Shown in pieces: positions 1-16,201 of a stretch of 64,000 nucleotides of DNA. The position numbers were made by a program, and so were the translations under genes. Source of the stretch: Amoebidium appalachense (Eukaryota; Protista; Ichthyosporea); the NCBI GenBank assembly GCA_963693365.1, contig CAVNZM010000017.1:3140875-3204874 (forward strand), given 5' to 3'. The notes beneath the pieces were generated by a model. It had not been told where the DNA came from. It saw only the letters and a program-made list of their open reading frames with translations, and did no database searches. Position 1 is the stretch's first letter, and every line of letters begins with the position of its first letter.

Positions 1-1289
1 AGTAACACCCGAGAGTACAAGAGTTGAAACGCAACATGATTTTGTGTTCTCTTAAACAGACAGGGCTACCCAAAAATGGCTAAAATCGACCTACCAATGT
101 CTCGTAGAGCCTGTCACATATGTCGTTAAACTCGTTGAGGGTCTGTGGGAGTAGCCGGCCCTTCTCTGGGTCTCTCTTCTCCGTCAGAATCACACTGCTA
201 GGGCCGGGTGAGGCGTGTGAGTGTTATAAGTTGTAAAGGGACATGTGTATGCTGCGGTTTACGCTAATCACTCGAGGCGCAAGAGTGACCAGTGTCAAGT
301 GTATATGGTGGGGGGGGGGGGGGGGGGGGGTATATCCCCTCAGCATTGTTATGTCAGGTACATAGATGTCTGGTGATGTTATATATCAAGATTTTCTTAC
401 TCCATGAAGCGCCATACAAATGAGAAGAAAGTTGTCCAGGGTTAGGTGTGAGTTATAAGCGGTTTTAGTGTAAGAGTTTAGACAGAGATACAAGTGTAGG
501 CATTGAAGGAGCATATTTGTATGTGTCCTGTAGGGGTTAGGCGTGTATGAGACATAAGGTCGATCGGTGTGCGTATGACTCATGGGCATATGCCTGTGTA
601 TCAGTCGGGAATCCTTTACTCATGAAGCGATAGGAATGTGTTTAAGCATTGGGAGATGTGTTGGTGAAGATACACACACGTGACTCACACACAGACACAG
701 GAACAGACAAAGAAAAACACAGAGGGAGACATAAACGCACATCGACGCCCTGCCACCCTCACCCACCCACCCACCCGCACCACATTTCCTTTAAAGGGCG
801 GGGGGTGGGTGGGTGGGTGGGTGGGTGGGGGGGGGGGGGGGGGGGGGGTTGAATGTGCCATAGAATATAAGTACACATTCACAACGGACAACACAATGCA
901 GAGTGCAAACTGCACATTAAGAGTATGCATAACAAGCAAAGCCCATCCTCCCCGCGGGGGGGGGGGGGGGGGGGGGGGGGGGGGTGGAGGGGGCACAACA
1001 TCCACAGTATCCGGTGAAAAGGGGGAGGGGGGATGGGGGGAGGGGGGAGGTAGGGGGAGAAAGAGAAAGAAAAGAAAGAGAGTTGTCTGTGCCTGTGTGC
1101 TACGTATGTGTGTTTGCAAGGGGTAGGGCGGTAAGGAGGGGGAGCGGTGGGGGTAGCGGGTGGGGGGGGGGGGGGGGGGGGAGAGGGCGGGGCTATTGCG
1201 CTAAACATTACAAAAGGTAAATCTGAAAAACTGGCTGGAAGGGGGAGGGTGGGGGGGAAGTAAGGGGGTCGGGGGGGAGGGGGCTATAC

Positions 1290-2524
<1,235 letters not shown>

Positions 2525-3109
2525 GTTGTCGAGTGAAGAAAGAATGTAGCAAAATGAGAGGGTTTGGAAAGGAAGAATTGCACAGGCACCTATGTTACCA
2601 CTAGTGCTTCTTTGCTTGATTTGTTGCCATCAATTCGGTAGAAATCCTTTATGCTATACTCTTCAATGATTCACATGTGATTACTTGGTGCCACACACAC
2701 AACACGCTCCTTCCCTTTATTCTCAAATCCGCAGCTCGTCTTGGGATGTCGAACACTAGTCTCCAAGGATATGTACCCACTGGCTTACGCGATAATCATA
2801 GGGAGCCCCTATACGTAAGTGGCCAGGCACTAGTGGAAAGGAACAAAATCGATTTGCATACCACTGCTGTAGAGTTACCTGATTGGTTAAAATTGAAAAC
2901 GTATAAACCAATCAAAAGCTTTTAACGGAGTTTTTTTTTGGCGGGAAGATTCGTGATATTACAAATTGTCAGGGTTCGAAGGACGGTGGAGCCCATTAAC
3001 GGAAGTCGAAATCCCGTTTCGGAAAACCTCTTCGAAAATCGGAATGCTCGGTCGGAGCAGGCCCACCAAAAATCGTAATCGTCGCGCATCAGTAAACTTG
3101 AGTACTTGT

Positions 3110-3191
3110 ACTTGAGTTGGTTAACATTGTGAGAATAATCCCAATTAGTAACTTGAGTTGGTTAACATTGTGAGAATAATCCCAATTAGTA
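3110..3191. repeat. Perfect 41-bp tandem duplication
   Basis: ACTTGAGTTGGTTAACATTGTGAGAATAATCCCAATTAGTA occurs at 3110-3150 and 3151-3191. Confidence 0.9.
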
Positions 3192-3497
3192 ATGCAACAA
3201 GTGAACGTGGCTTCTCTGGTGTGAATATCATTAAGACTTCTCTCAAAGCACGCCGTGACAACACAGACAGTGCACAATCAGCTCATGATAGCCATGAATG
3301 GGCCGGATATAGAGGCAGATGTGAAGCACGTGAAAGCTGAGCTTAAGTTTCGGAAAGAAATGGCTAAGAAATTATTTAAAGAGGGCAAACTGAAAGGGTT
3401 GACTGTAGAAGGGGCCAAGGAGCAGCTGGGAAAGGCCCAGCCACGTGGCCGAGGCAGCAGCCCAAAAGAAGGCTCTGGCAGATTTCCTGGCTTTTGA
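3151..3497 (+). pseudogene. hAT transposase C-terminal dimerization-domain fragment, frameshifted
   Basis: IIPISNATSERGFSGVNIIKTSLK followed in another frame by VHNQLMIAMNGPD matches the hAT dimerization motif IPxSxAxxERxFSxxxxIKTxxR...LMxIxxNGP. The upstream transposase is absent. Confidence 0.75.
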
Positions 3498-3978
3498 CTG
3501 GAACAGGGTGCACAATGTGTATATTGCCAACCCTTTCAAATAAATTGGATCTCTGACAACACACCAGCACCTAGTAACCGTCAAGTAGTGTCCCTTGTTT
3601 TTATTTAAAAATTCTGGGGGAGGGGAGGGGAGCCTCGGGAGGGAGGGGGGGGGGGGGAGGGGGGGGGGGGGAGTGAGTTGAGGCAGCAACATGGAAAGCT
3701 CAGCTAGGCAGAAATCGCATGTTTGGGGGGGGGGGGGGAGGGGGGCCCGGGGGGGGGGGGGAAGAAAATCACGTTGGGTGGTTGTGTTCGTGTTTGTGTG
3801 TGTGTGAGTATTTTTCTTTGCAATTGTGTGTGCGTGTGTGGTGGGTATATGTATGCACGGCGTACGCGTGTGTGTCTGTGACAGTGTATGTGTACAGGTG
3901 TCAGTGTGTGGGTGTGTGTATTTGTGTCAGCGGTAATCGGTGTGTGTGTGTCTATGTTGTGTGCATGTGTGCACATGT

Positions 3979-4009
<31 letters not shown>

Positions 4010-4228
4010 CTTGTGTGTGTGTGTGCATGACATTGTGTGCATGTGTGTGTGTGTTTTGTGTCAACAGTTATGGTGTGTGTGTATGTATGTAGTGTGTTGT
4101 GGTATGTATGTGTGTGTGTGTGCAGTGTGGTGTGTATGTATGCAGGGTGTGTGTGTCTGTGTATGTGTGTGTACATGCCAGTGTGGGTGTGTGTGTTTGT
4201 ACCAACGGTTTCTTGTGTGTGTGTGCGT

Positions 4229-4264
<36 letters not shown>

Positions 4265-5231
4265 CACGGGGTGTGTGTGCTTGCGCCGTGTACATGGTCA
4301 CGGTGTGTGTGTGCAGTGTAAGTGTGTGTGTGCGTGCGTGTGTGTGTGTGTGTTTGTGTGTGTGTGGGTGGGTAGGTGCATAGCATGTGATTGTACAGGG
4401 TGGATGCATGTGCACGTTTGAAATACAGTTATCATGATCTGAGATAGTATGTGCCTGTGCACGTGTACTAGCCTAGGTCACATGTGGTGTCACGGCTCAC
4501 GTGTATGTGGGGTGCATGTGTGTCTTTGCAATTGAACGGAACACAGTGGTGCACAGTACTAGTGTGTGTATTGCCTGCCATTTAAGACACGTGCCACTGA
4601 TCGTTGATACACGTGGCACCTGCACCTGGTGGCAGTCGACTCTGAGCATCTAGATCCATTCCATGTTTAGGCCTTCCTGGGGGGGAAGGGGGGGGGGGGG
4701 GGAGTACTAGTGGGGGGGGGGGGGGGGAGGGGGGGGGATCCGCCTGAGAGGGGAGGGGGGGGGGAGAGGGGGTGAGGCCGGAGCGGCGGTGGGGGAGAAG
4801 GAGGGGCAGCACTGGTGGAGGGAACGATGGGCAGCGGAGGAGGGGGGGAATGGGGTTCGATTTCTGTGGGGGGGAAAGTTTCGAAGTGGAGGCCGGCCTA
4901 TATACATGCGCAGGCACATGCATTGTATGTTCATGTGGCCATGCATGGCTATGATGCAGATGTGGTGTCACGGCTGTGTGTGTTTAAATGTGTGTGTGTG
5001 TGTCTGTCTGTGTGTGTGTGTGTGTGTGCGCGTGGGTGTGTGCATAAATGTGTTTGGTGTGACAACATGTACATGTGCATGCTAGGCTGGCACTCTAGTC
5101 AGGGTCTGCCATTGAACATTCTACAGGGAACGGGAGACACGTACGTACGTGTGCAGCTTGTGTGGGTGGTGTATGCCCCGTGTATGATGAGACCTGCGAA
5201 GTCATGGGGAGCTTCTCCCCGGGGGCCGGGG

Positions 5232-5272
<41 letters not shown>

Positions 5273-5977
5273 CTCGGGCGTTCCGATTCGGCCGGGACGA
5301 TTTTCGGAACTGTGTTTTCAAATATCGGAAATTCCGATTTTTTTTCGTAACTTCGAACCCTGATTACAATTACAATAGGACGGTTCACATCGCAGGCCGT
5401 GCGCAGGCATCATCATGGTTGAGCACACTCGCCACACAGTGTGTATACGTATATACGGCCCGTTCCAGTTTCTGAGTTTTCGCCTCGCTGTTGAAAACCT
5501 CATTATTTTCCTGTTTCTGTTTTCCCACACGTCTCATTGAAATGTTAGCTCATTTGCACGCCGAAGCGCTAGCGCTCTTACGAAAGTGCACTTGGCGACC
5601 TGGGAAACCTGAGCCCGAGGTCCCGAAAGCGAGCATACAACCGTGAATACTCGAAACTTGCAAGGAAGCGAAAAGAGGGAAGAAACATTAAACGAAAAGC
5701 TGAAAGTGAATTAGTGGATTTTTTCTTTCCTGCTTTTCCTTAGCGTTTCAAAGTCACAGTGTTTTTTTCAACCGAGTTTCCAGTTGTGTCAACGGCAAAG
5801 GTTTTTTTTTTTTGGAATGCGTCTTTTGTAGCGATTGGTTGAAACAGCACCATGGCTCAACAGCGTTGACCAATAGCAGCTCGCCAAAACCGCGGTAAAT
5901 CGGCGTGCAAATCGATTTTGTAACAATCCTTTCAAAGTTTCCACCCCAAACGACAAAAAAAAAAAAGCCACAAACGA

Positions 5978-6016
<39 letters not shown>

Positions 6017-6020
<4 letters not shown>

Positions 6021-6281
6021 CGCAGGGAAGACAGCACTCAGAGTCTGATATTCTTAGTTCACGATAAGCTACGTCACCGCCATTCCATTTCTTTGATATA
6101 TCAATACGATTGTTTGAATGGAGTGTACACAAAAAGGAAAAAAAAAAAAAAAAAAAAAAAGGGCCGCAGGGAAGACAGCACTCAGAGTCTGATATTCTTA
6201 GTTCACGATAAGCTACGTCACCGCCATTCCATTTCTTTGATATATCAATACGATTGTTTGAATGGAGTGTACACAAAAAGG
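6017..6281. repeat. Identical 121-bp direct repeat, each copy preceded by poly(A)
   Basis: GGGCCGCAGGGAAGACAGC...GTACACAAAAAGG at 6017-6137 and 6161-6281. Confidence 0.9.
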
Positions 6282-6940
6282 CGTACACTCGAGCATTTTA
6301 GATTAAGGAATCCGATTCAGACCACATACAGGGCTTTCATTGGTCGACATCCCACCCAGTCCTCCGACCAGAGCGCCAAAACAGCCGATGCCCAGTTAAG
6401 TGAGATAAGAACATGATTGGCTGATAATTCTTAGTCTTTTCCACGTGCACCGTCCGTGGAATTTGGCGTAGTGGTACCATTGATCGGCCCTTACTGAACA
6501 AAAATTATATAAAAGCTGGCCATAGTTTGTTGCTACCCCACAGCACTCGAACGTTTTATAAGTGAGGAATAGAATGCACCTTCAATATGCTTTATTTTAT
6601 GTGAGAACAGTGAGACTCGGTACGTACATGCCATCATGACAACGCAATCCCTGGGTCCGCAATCCTATTGGCTACGCTGAATCGTTACGAACAATACGCC
6701 CTTATTATTCGTTAACTATCACGCTAATTCAAAAATCGTTTTTTAAACCAATCCAAATGCATATAATATCCCTGTTTGCGAGCCAGTCTGACCAAATGCT
6801 CACCGTGGCAAACACAACACAACCGGCATCAAAAAAACGGCGTTTGAGTCAACACCAAATTCATAGTGTGTGAAAGCTGTGGATAATAGAATAAGACTCT
6901 CTTTCTTGTGGGTCTTTTGGTTCCATAAATATTTAACAAT

Positions 6941-9681
6941 ATGTCTTCTCTACTGGCGAGCCGTGCAATGGCTGCGGCATCAAGGCGGCCCGCTGCCACC
7001 TGCCTAGTAAGTGGGGTTGGTTTTATGATGGTGGCATCTCTGTGATGTTAACATGGTGGGAACCAGGGTTTCAGTTTGATTAGTCGCTTCGCAAGAGATA
7101 GGGTTACTAATTGATATGCTCACGCTCTAACGCTGTCGCCTATTGCAGGGCCGGTGTGCGAGCACCCTAGCAAACAGCATTCATCGCAGCCAGGTAAGAG
7201 CCCCCCTCCCCACCCCCCCCCCCCACCCCCCACACTCCCCCCTCACCCGCCCCCACCCCCCACCCCCCACCCCAACACTCACATTCACACGCACCAAGCC
7301 TCCCACCCCTGCTCCTTCCTTTAAGCTCACGCGAGTAATGCAGGAAACTAGGGTATTGCTGTCGTTTCTCTGAAAGATTATTTGAGGTCGCGGATTGCGG
7401 TCTGACACATGAGGCCTCTTTCCTGCTCTCTTTCACGGCAGCACCAGTTCTACGTCCCACTCTCTCCAGTTTTTTTGCTGTCTCAATCTTTTCGATTTTG
7501 CTGCATGAAAGTACTAAGTTGCTATTAGATAGCTAGTTTATACTATGGTGACCGTTTCTGAAATATGAAATATGGTTTATCTTTGCAGTCTTCAGTAAGA
7601 CAGCTGCCATGGCAGGCCGCCGGTTTGTCACTGTTTTTGGTAAGTCCACAGCTCAGATCTTGAAGCGGATGATCGTCTGGCCCCCGTCCCCCCTCACCCC
7701 CCCCCCCCTCCCCCCCCCCCCCCCCCCTCCTTCCCCCACCCACCCACTCACACACCCACCCATTTCCCCCCCCTCCCCCCTCCCCCCCCCCCCCCTTCCT
7801 CCCGCCTTCTCTATCTACCCTGCATCCCCACCCCCCTCCCCCCTCCTCCCCTCCCCTCCCCCCCCCCCCCCCCCCCCTTTCATATATCGTTGCACATATG
7901 CACCCATTTACTTTCGCTTCAGGCAACCATTCCCCTTTACCAATCCTTGTGATCCCCATACCCTCCATGCACCCTTTGCTCTCTCGTCCATGTGTTTAAC
8001 GCCATGTTTCAAATACATGTAACTGCCTACCCACCCCATTAGCCATTCCTGGTTGTACATCACACACACGTTGACATGCACTTTGCCCATGGCTTCGTGT
8101 TCGATGCTGTAGATCATACAACATTTAGGTTTGAGCAAGTGCTTAGATTACATGGCATGAGCCTGGCAGTAACATCTCATCTCATGCAGACACGGAGCTT
8201 CCACAGCAGCCCAGCGTGGCAGAAAGTTATCCAGTATAAACTCGCAGACATTGGCGAGGGTATTGCCGAGGCAGAGGTTTTGCAATGGTTAACACTCCTC
8301 CTCCCCCCCCCTCCCCCCGGCCCCCTGCTCTTACCCCCTGTGCCGGCCCAACTGTGTTCCCTTCCTCTTCCTCCGTCATTTCACCTTCTCCTCGCCCTCA
8401 TCCCACCCTCCATCACCCAGAAACTCTCGTTTATATTGCAACCATACGCGGGATTATGCATGCCAGCTTGCACACTCACGTGTGGACAACAAGAATTTTG
8501 TAAGAATTCTTGTCTTTTCTCACTGAGGGCCTCTTTCAGTGTGTCCCATCAACGCCTCTGCATTTTTTCATCAATCCGTTGCTTACATGCATTCCTCCTT
8601 CCCTACCACCATCCCCCCCCCCCCCCCCCCCCCTCCTCCCCCCCAATGTCCCTTACCCCGTCTCTAGGGTCTGTCCTGTGTTTCCTTTGCCCTGTCTACT
8701 ACTATTTCCCATATGCTGCAATCAGTAATTCCATTTGGGGCAGGCGGGCAGACACCAAGTAGTGGCCGCAAGCGATGAGAAGGGGGAAGAAAGGGGGGAG
8801 AGGGGGAAAGGGGGGATTCGGGAAGAGGTAGAGACGGGGAATGGTCGGATCAAGGACAAATAAGCGAGAAGTTGGAATGTTTTCCCCGTAGACATTTTCC
8901 CGGGAATGGAGGTCAGGGGGCGAGGTGTGGGGTGGGGTATCGGGAGTGTGCGGGTATATTAAAGAAGGTTGACCCCCCCCCCCCCCCCTCCCCTCCCCCT
9001 CCTCCCCCCACCCCCGTTTTTGCCCTCAATCCTTGTCTGCTTGTCCCCCTCCTCGTGTTGTATTTGTTGTCGGGGTCGAGCCCTAAGTTGATGGTCAAGT
9101 ATGTGTCTATCGTGTGCCTCTCTCTCGCTCGCTGGCAGTGTGTGTATGTGTGTGTGTGTCGGGGGTGGTTTGTTTTCGGGATCAAAGAAGCACTTAGTTA
9201 GCATGTAACCATGGGTATATCTTGTAACTCCCTGTTGTAATGCATACATCCCCCCCCCCCCCCCCCCCCTGCTCGTCTTTGATCAAGACGGGTTGACCCT
9301 CCCAAGTTCAGTTGATGCTGCTGTCTGAGTTGGAGAGTCGTATATACGCGGGCTAAGGGGTCGAAACTCATACGCAATTGATGACTTGGGCCCTCCCTGA
9401 GGATGGGCTCTGCTTATGACGCATACTGTGCGCATGGCTGATGTTGCACACTTGCATGTTTGCCTTTGCATGTGTCCGTGGTGTATGCATACCTTGTACT
9501 GTTTTCCGCATTCAAACCCCCCCCCCCCCCCCCCCCCCTCCCCACCAAACAAACCTTTTTTCCCAAAAATACACACACGCCTTGCCTTTCCCTGCTACAG
9601 CACTCACGCACACGCACACACAGACACAGACACACACACACAGTAACCACTCCCTCCTAAACTTGCACACACACACACACC

Positions 9682-9760
<79 letters not shown>

Positions 9761-10037
9761 CATTCGCCCTCCTCCCCTTCCCCGCCTCAGCCCCCCCCCC
9801 CCTCTCTCCCCCCCCCCCCCCCCAACACACATACACACACAACCGTACACACATACGTACACACACACACACAGGTTTGTGGATGTAGGTGACCAGGTGC
9901 AAGAGTTTGACCGGATAGCCGAGGTGCAGAGTGACAAGGCCACAGTGGAGATCACCAGTCGCTACACCGGCACCATCAAGAAGAGATACTATGGTGTCGG
10001 GGATATGGCAAAGGTCCACTTTGTAAGTTTTCATCGG

Positions 10038-10072
<35 letters not shown>

Positions 10073-10347
10073 CCCCCCCTCCTCCGCCTCCCCCTCCTCC
10101 CCATCCCCGCCCCCCATGCCCCCCCTTCGCCCCCCAAAAATGACAAAGGTTTACTTTGGAGTTTCCATTGACCATCCCCCCCCCCCCCCCCTCCCCCCGG
10201 CGCGCCTTTTGCATACCTCTCCCCCCTTCCCCTCCCCTCCCCCGCCACGTCCCCGAGTTAGGATACTTTGCGCCCCCCCTCCCCCCCCATGTCTCACATT
10301 CTCGACATGGATGGTTTTCTTTCACTAATTCACCCGCCTTGCTCCTT

Positions 10348-10379
<32 letters not shown>

Positions 10380-10723
10380 CCCCATCCTTTGTCTTTAGTC
10401 CTGTTCCCAAAGGCACACACAGCTTCAGGCCTTTTCCCGAACCAGTTCCCTTCCCCCTTCCCCCCGCCCCCGCCCCCCTCCCCCCGTTGCCTTGGTAAAA
10501 CTTCAAAGCCACCAAGCACACACAGTTACTGTTGAGTCTCTCACTTTCTCTGCACAACACGTCTGTCTGATCCCATCCCATCCACCCTTATCCCTCCAAC
10601 CTTTTCAATACCACCTATGCATTTCAGCCTCTTCAACCCGAAACAATAATTTCTTCCTGTGTAGGAACATTCAGAAATTAAAACTCCTAACCCCTCGACT
10701 CCCCATATACCTGGACTAACAAA

Positions 10724-10771
<48 letters not shown>

Positions 10772-11275
10772 CACACACACAGCCGCTAGTGGAAATTGAC
10801 ACGCAGGCGGAGGCAACGGGTGAGGATGCACCCTCAGAGGCCGCAGACACCCCCAGTGCCCCCCCGGCAGCAGAGGCCCAGCCAGCACCCGTAGCTGCCG
10901 AACAGGTGTGTGTGTGTGTATGAGGGGGGGGGGGAGGGGTTGGGTGTAAATGTGTGTGTTAGGGGGGAAGGGAGGGGGAGAGTGTGGATGGGTGTATGGT
11001 ATGCTGGTGAGGTTGGAACACAGATGAACAAACAAGGGCATGGGACGGGTTGGCCTGTGGGGGAGCGGGGATGGAGTAAGCCCTTGGGGACATGCGGGGG
11101 CGGAGGGGAGGGGGGGGAGGGGGGAGGGGGGAAGGGGATGGTTAGAGAGAGAAGAGGGTGTTGAGAGGTGGGGGAGGAGGGTTTGTTCTGTGTGTATGTG
11201 TGTAGTGTGTAGGATGACAGTGGGGCTGGAGAAAGAATTTGGAAATCCACAGTACATGTGTTGATAAGGTGGTAG

Positions 11276-11309
<34 letters not shown>

Positions 11310-11682
11310 CGGAAGGCGGGCACACCAGTCCTTTTCTGTTTTTTTTCGTCTAAGTCACACATACACCACCCACCCACTGACCTATTTTCGGTCACCCCTT
11401 GCCCCCTCGTCTTTTCCTTCCGTTTGTCTACACCACTTGTCTGTCCCCTTGCAACCCTCCTGCCGCTCTCCCCCCCCCCCCCCCCCCCCTCCTCCCCCAT
11501 CCCCTCCCCTTCCCCCCCTTTCCCCCACGTTCCTGTCTTTGCCAAAACCCGCTATCCCTCCTCCACCCCCCTCCACTCTCTCTCATATACCCCCTAACCC
11601 TCCCTACCCGCCCGGCTCCTTCATTTTGGGTTCGCCTCCGTGTTCCCACCTTCTGGCATACCCCCCCCCTCCCCCCTTCCAC

Positions 11683-11724
<42 letters not shown>

Positions 11725-12705
11725 TCACTCACTCACACACTCACTCACTCACTCACTCACTCACTCACTCACTCACTCACACTTTATGTGCCTCTTTCAA
11801 TCGGCATTGTGTCTTCTGCTGTGAATGTGTACTTGTCATTCTGTAACACGTTCTAACACTCCCCCCCCCCCCCCCCCCCTTTCAATCACACACCCTCTTT
11901 CCCGTTCTTTCACCTTTCCCCCCTATCCTCTCACTCCCCCCCCCCCCCCCCCCCCCCCCCCCAAACACACCCTTTTTTTTCCTTCCTTTTTTTTCTTTCC
12001 CACCACAGCCAGGACAGGATCTCGACAGCTTTGAAGGTCGCAAGTTGGCCACCCCAGCCGTCAGACGCATAGCAAAGGACAACGGTATCGACATTAGAAA
12101 GGTGAAGGGCACAGGCAAGGAGGGGAGGGTACTGAAGGAAGATGTGGTGGCGTACATGGAAGGGATGAAGACTGGGGGAGCGGTTGCATCTGTACCTGTT
12201 ACTGCGGCACCGACGGCGGCTGGTGAGTCATGGTTCTTCCCTTTTGGTTTGAATGTTCGTCTGTTTATGTGTCTGTCTCTGTCTGTCTCTGGTAATCTCT
12301 CTCTCTCTTTCTCTCTTGATACTCTGATACTCTCTCTCCTCTCTCTCTGTCTCCCCCCCTCCCCTGTCTCCCCTCCCCCCTCCCTCTCCCCCTCTCTCTC
12401 GCCCACCTCACTCCCCCTCTCTTCCCCTCCCTCTATCCATTCCACCCTTCCCCGCACCCTCTGTCTGTCTGTCGTGCAATCTCTCTCTCTCTTTACCCCT
12501 CTTTCTCCCCCCCACCTCCGCTTCGCTTTCACTCTTTCCCCCCCCTCCCCCTCTCCGTCCCTCCCTCCCCCTCTCTCCCGCACCTCACCTCTCCTCTCCT
12601 TTTGCTCATTCATTTGCCCTCCAATCCCTTTGCCCTTGACATGGACATTAGCGCACGTCCGCAGGTTCTCTTTAGAAACGGGCCTATCTTGTGATATGCC
12701 TCCCC

Positions 12706-12743
<38 letters not shown>

Positions 12744-12860
12744 CCCCCCCCCCTTCAAACCAGCCAACCAACCCACCCACCCACGCCTTCTTTCCCCTCG
12801 CCCATTTGAAGTCCACATCCCATTCTGGGCACCCGCTTCCTCATTCACTTCCCACTTCAG

Positions 12861-12904
<44 letters not shown>

Positions 12905-13296
12905 CTACCATCCTCCAAGCACACTCACAAGCACAAGCACGCATGCACACACCACACCCATTCGAGCATTCACCAACCCCAATGGTTTTCTTACCTCTCC
13001 CAGTTACATCCGCAGTTCGAATACGACCTTGCTTCGCTCTATTCATGCCTCCCGTCTGCCTGTGCCTGCACTTCCACTTTACTCCACATACATGCCCTCT
13101 TACAATTAATCTCCTTTCTCCCTCTTCCCTTCCCTTCATGCGCGCGCGCGCGCGCGCACACACACACACACATGCGCGCGCGCGCACACACACACACACA
13201 CACGCACACACACACACAGTGCCCGCCCCAGCCGCTGCGGCGCCCACGCCAACACCAATGGCTGCCCCAACACCGAGTCAGTGTCTTTTTTTTTTT

Positions 13297-13328
<32 letters not shown>

Positions 13329-13387
13329 GGCATGAGTGGTTTTCATGAATGGGTTTATGCTCCCGGGATGGGATGGGGTCTGGCACC

Positions 13388-13424
<37 letters not shown>

Positions 13425-13729
13425 GGGGGGGGGGGGGAAGGAATAGGTGTGTATGTGCAGGCGGGGAAGAGGCTGAATCATAGTGCGGGTGTGCTTGGGT
13501 TTGGGTGTGTGTGTATGGGTGTTTTTGGTTGTGTGTGGGGTGAATATATATGCTCATACTTGCTGCCACATTCTAACCTCCCCTCCCCCTTCCGCCCCTT
13601 CCCCCCCTCCCCCCCTCCTCCGCTTCCGCCACCAAATCCCTCCCCATCATACCACCACTCTCTCTCATACTATGTGCCTCATTCCAACCCATTGCACCCC
13701 CACCCCCTTCCATACTGTGCACCGAGTTC

Positions 13730-13765
<36 letters not shown>

Positions 13766-14020
13766 AGTCTTTGCCAGTGCAGCAGACCAAGTATTGCCCA
13801 TCCGGGGGATCCAGAAAGCAATGGTCAAGAGCATGAATGCAGCCAACATGGTGCCCCACTTCACATACTGCGACGAGATTACATTGAACCGCCTGGCTGA
13901 CCTCAGGAACCAGCTCAAACCCATGGCTGCTGAAAGAGGTAACATAACCATTCACATCGTGTTGACTTACTTGCTTTTGTTTAAGTACATGATGTCTCCC
14001 TTCTTCTTCTTCTTCTTCTT

Positions 14021-14056
<36 letters not shown>

Positions 14057-15360
14057 GCTTCTCCCTTACCTTCATACTTCATACCTGCATCCCCCCCCCC
14101 CCCCCCCCTAATCCCTCCTCTCTTTCCTGGTGGTTGTACAGAGCCACCCACCTAAAGACAAACCACGTTTGTTTCAGACAGACTTGCACCAATTTGAGGG
14201 GAAGTAAACTAAACACTTATTTCAATAACATCGGAATAGGAAAGCGGCACATAGCCACTATATCCATGCGCCATGAGAGGAAAAAAAACAGAGCACATAC
14301 CAATGCTGTGTTTGTATGTTTCCTGCAGGGATCAACCTGTCGTTCCTTCCGTTCTTCATGAAGGCCACCTCCCTTGCCCTGCGCCAGTACCCAACTATTA
14401 ATAGCCACGTAAACGAAGACTGCAGCCAGCTCACAATCAAGGTGGGTGTACGTGTGTGTGGGGGGGGGGGGGGAAGGGGGGGGGGGGGGGGGGGGGGGGG
14501 GTGGGCGGGTGTGTGTGTGTGTCTGGGTGTGTTTGTGGGTATTTGTAGGATTCCACACCTGTAGACGGAGAGGGGGGAGGGGGGGGGGAGGGAGGGGGGG
14601 GGGGGGGGGTAATGGGGGAAGTTGTTGAAACAGGGGTGATTGTGGAGGGAAGGTGTTATCGGTGCGTGCACGAGTATAGAAAGGGGGGGGGGGGGGGGGG
14701 GGGGGGGGGAATAGTCAACTGTGAAGGGATGTATGACACTGGCTTATCTAAGAGTGTGTTTTGTGTAAGGGGATGGCTGGGTGGTGGTGGTTTGGGGGGC
14801 CAGGGGAGGGGGGGTATGAGTGGTTGGTGGCTTGCGGAGACAATCTGGGAGGTGTGAGGGAGGCAGGTGTTTGGAATTCATGTTGCAGCAGGCGTACACA
14901 CACACACAAAGAAAGAATAAAGCACAAGAAATAGCACAAGCCAACGTTGCTTCTCTCATTCCAGGGGGCGCACAACATCGGTTTTGCCATGGACACCAAG
15001 CTGGGCCTGCTGGTGCCCAACGTCAAGAACGTGCAGGAGAGGACAATCATGGAGATAGCAATGGAACTCAACCGCATGCAGAAGTCGGTAGGTGAAAAGG
15101 AAAAAAAGAAAAGAAAAGGGAGGGGGGGGAGGGGGGGAGGGGGGGGGGACGGGCAGGCGGCCCCGGATGGGGAGGGGGAGGGGGAAGGGGGGGGGGGGGG
15201 GGGGGGGGGGGGGAAGAAGGAAAAGGAATTGAAACGTGAAGATGGTAAGGGAGAAAGACAACGAAGAGAACGGAAGGGGAGAAGTGAAAAAGAAACCAAA
15301 GACAAGAAGGAGGGTGGGGTGTATGCGTGGTGGTGGCGGCGGTGAATGTGGGTGTGTGTG

Positions 15361-15396
<36 letters not shown>

Positions 15397-16044
15397 GACA
15401 AAAAAAACGAAAAAGAAGATGATTGAAGGAGGAGGGAGAGAAGAAGAAGAAGAAACGATATTGACAAAAGACAAGACACTTTGAGGCATTACTTGCCCGT
15501 TCATACTCGTTCAGTCAGTTGCCGATACACGTGCTTGGGTGTGAGACATTATTGCTTTTTTTGTATGTGCACATGGAGTCATGAACGGAAGAATGAATTG
15601 TAGAAGTCGGTTGATGCTTACACAGACTACCACAGTGTATGTTACCTATTTCACTATGCTAAGTAACATCCATATGACGTAAGCATGACGCCATTATGGC
15701 GCTTCTGACAACCACATGAATCAAATGGCAGGGATTGTCCACACGTCGTGCTATTTTTTTTTTTTTTTTTTGTCCCAGGGACTTGCAGAGATCACCATTT
15801 AATTAAAGGAGTAAAGGAGCTATGGAGACAATGCCTATAACATAGTAATATGTGTTTGTTAATGGTTTACACACATGGCTCGGTCTTTAATTATTGTTTT
15901 TAGCGCTGACACACTGGGTGGCTTTAAACAGGGCATCGAGGGCAAGCTGCCCACTGAGGATCTTGCCGGGGCCACCATCACTATCTCAAACATTGGCTCT
16001 ATCGGCGGCACGTACATGCGCCCTGTGATCCTGGTACCCACGGT

Positions 16045-16099
<55 letters not shown>

Positions 16100-16167
16100 T
16101 GCCCTTATGTGTTCGTGTGGGTGTGTGTTTTGGGAGTTGGGGGGTAGGCCGGGGTCGGAAAAGGCTT

Positions 16168-16201
<34 letters not shown>

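Larger units (their letters stand above)
2970..5362 (+). mobile_element. Non-autonomous/degenerate hAT DNA transposon
   Basis: 12-bp terminal inverted repeats CAGGGTTCGAAG (2970-2981) and CTTCGAACCCTG (5351-5362), a shared subterminal AAAATCGGAAT motif, and an internal hAT transposase C-terminal remnant. No clean 8-bp target site duplication found. Confidence 0.7.
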
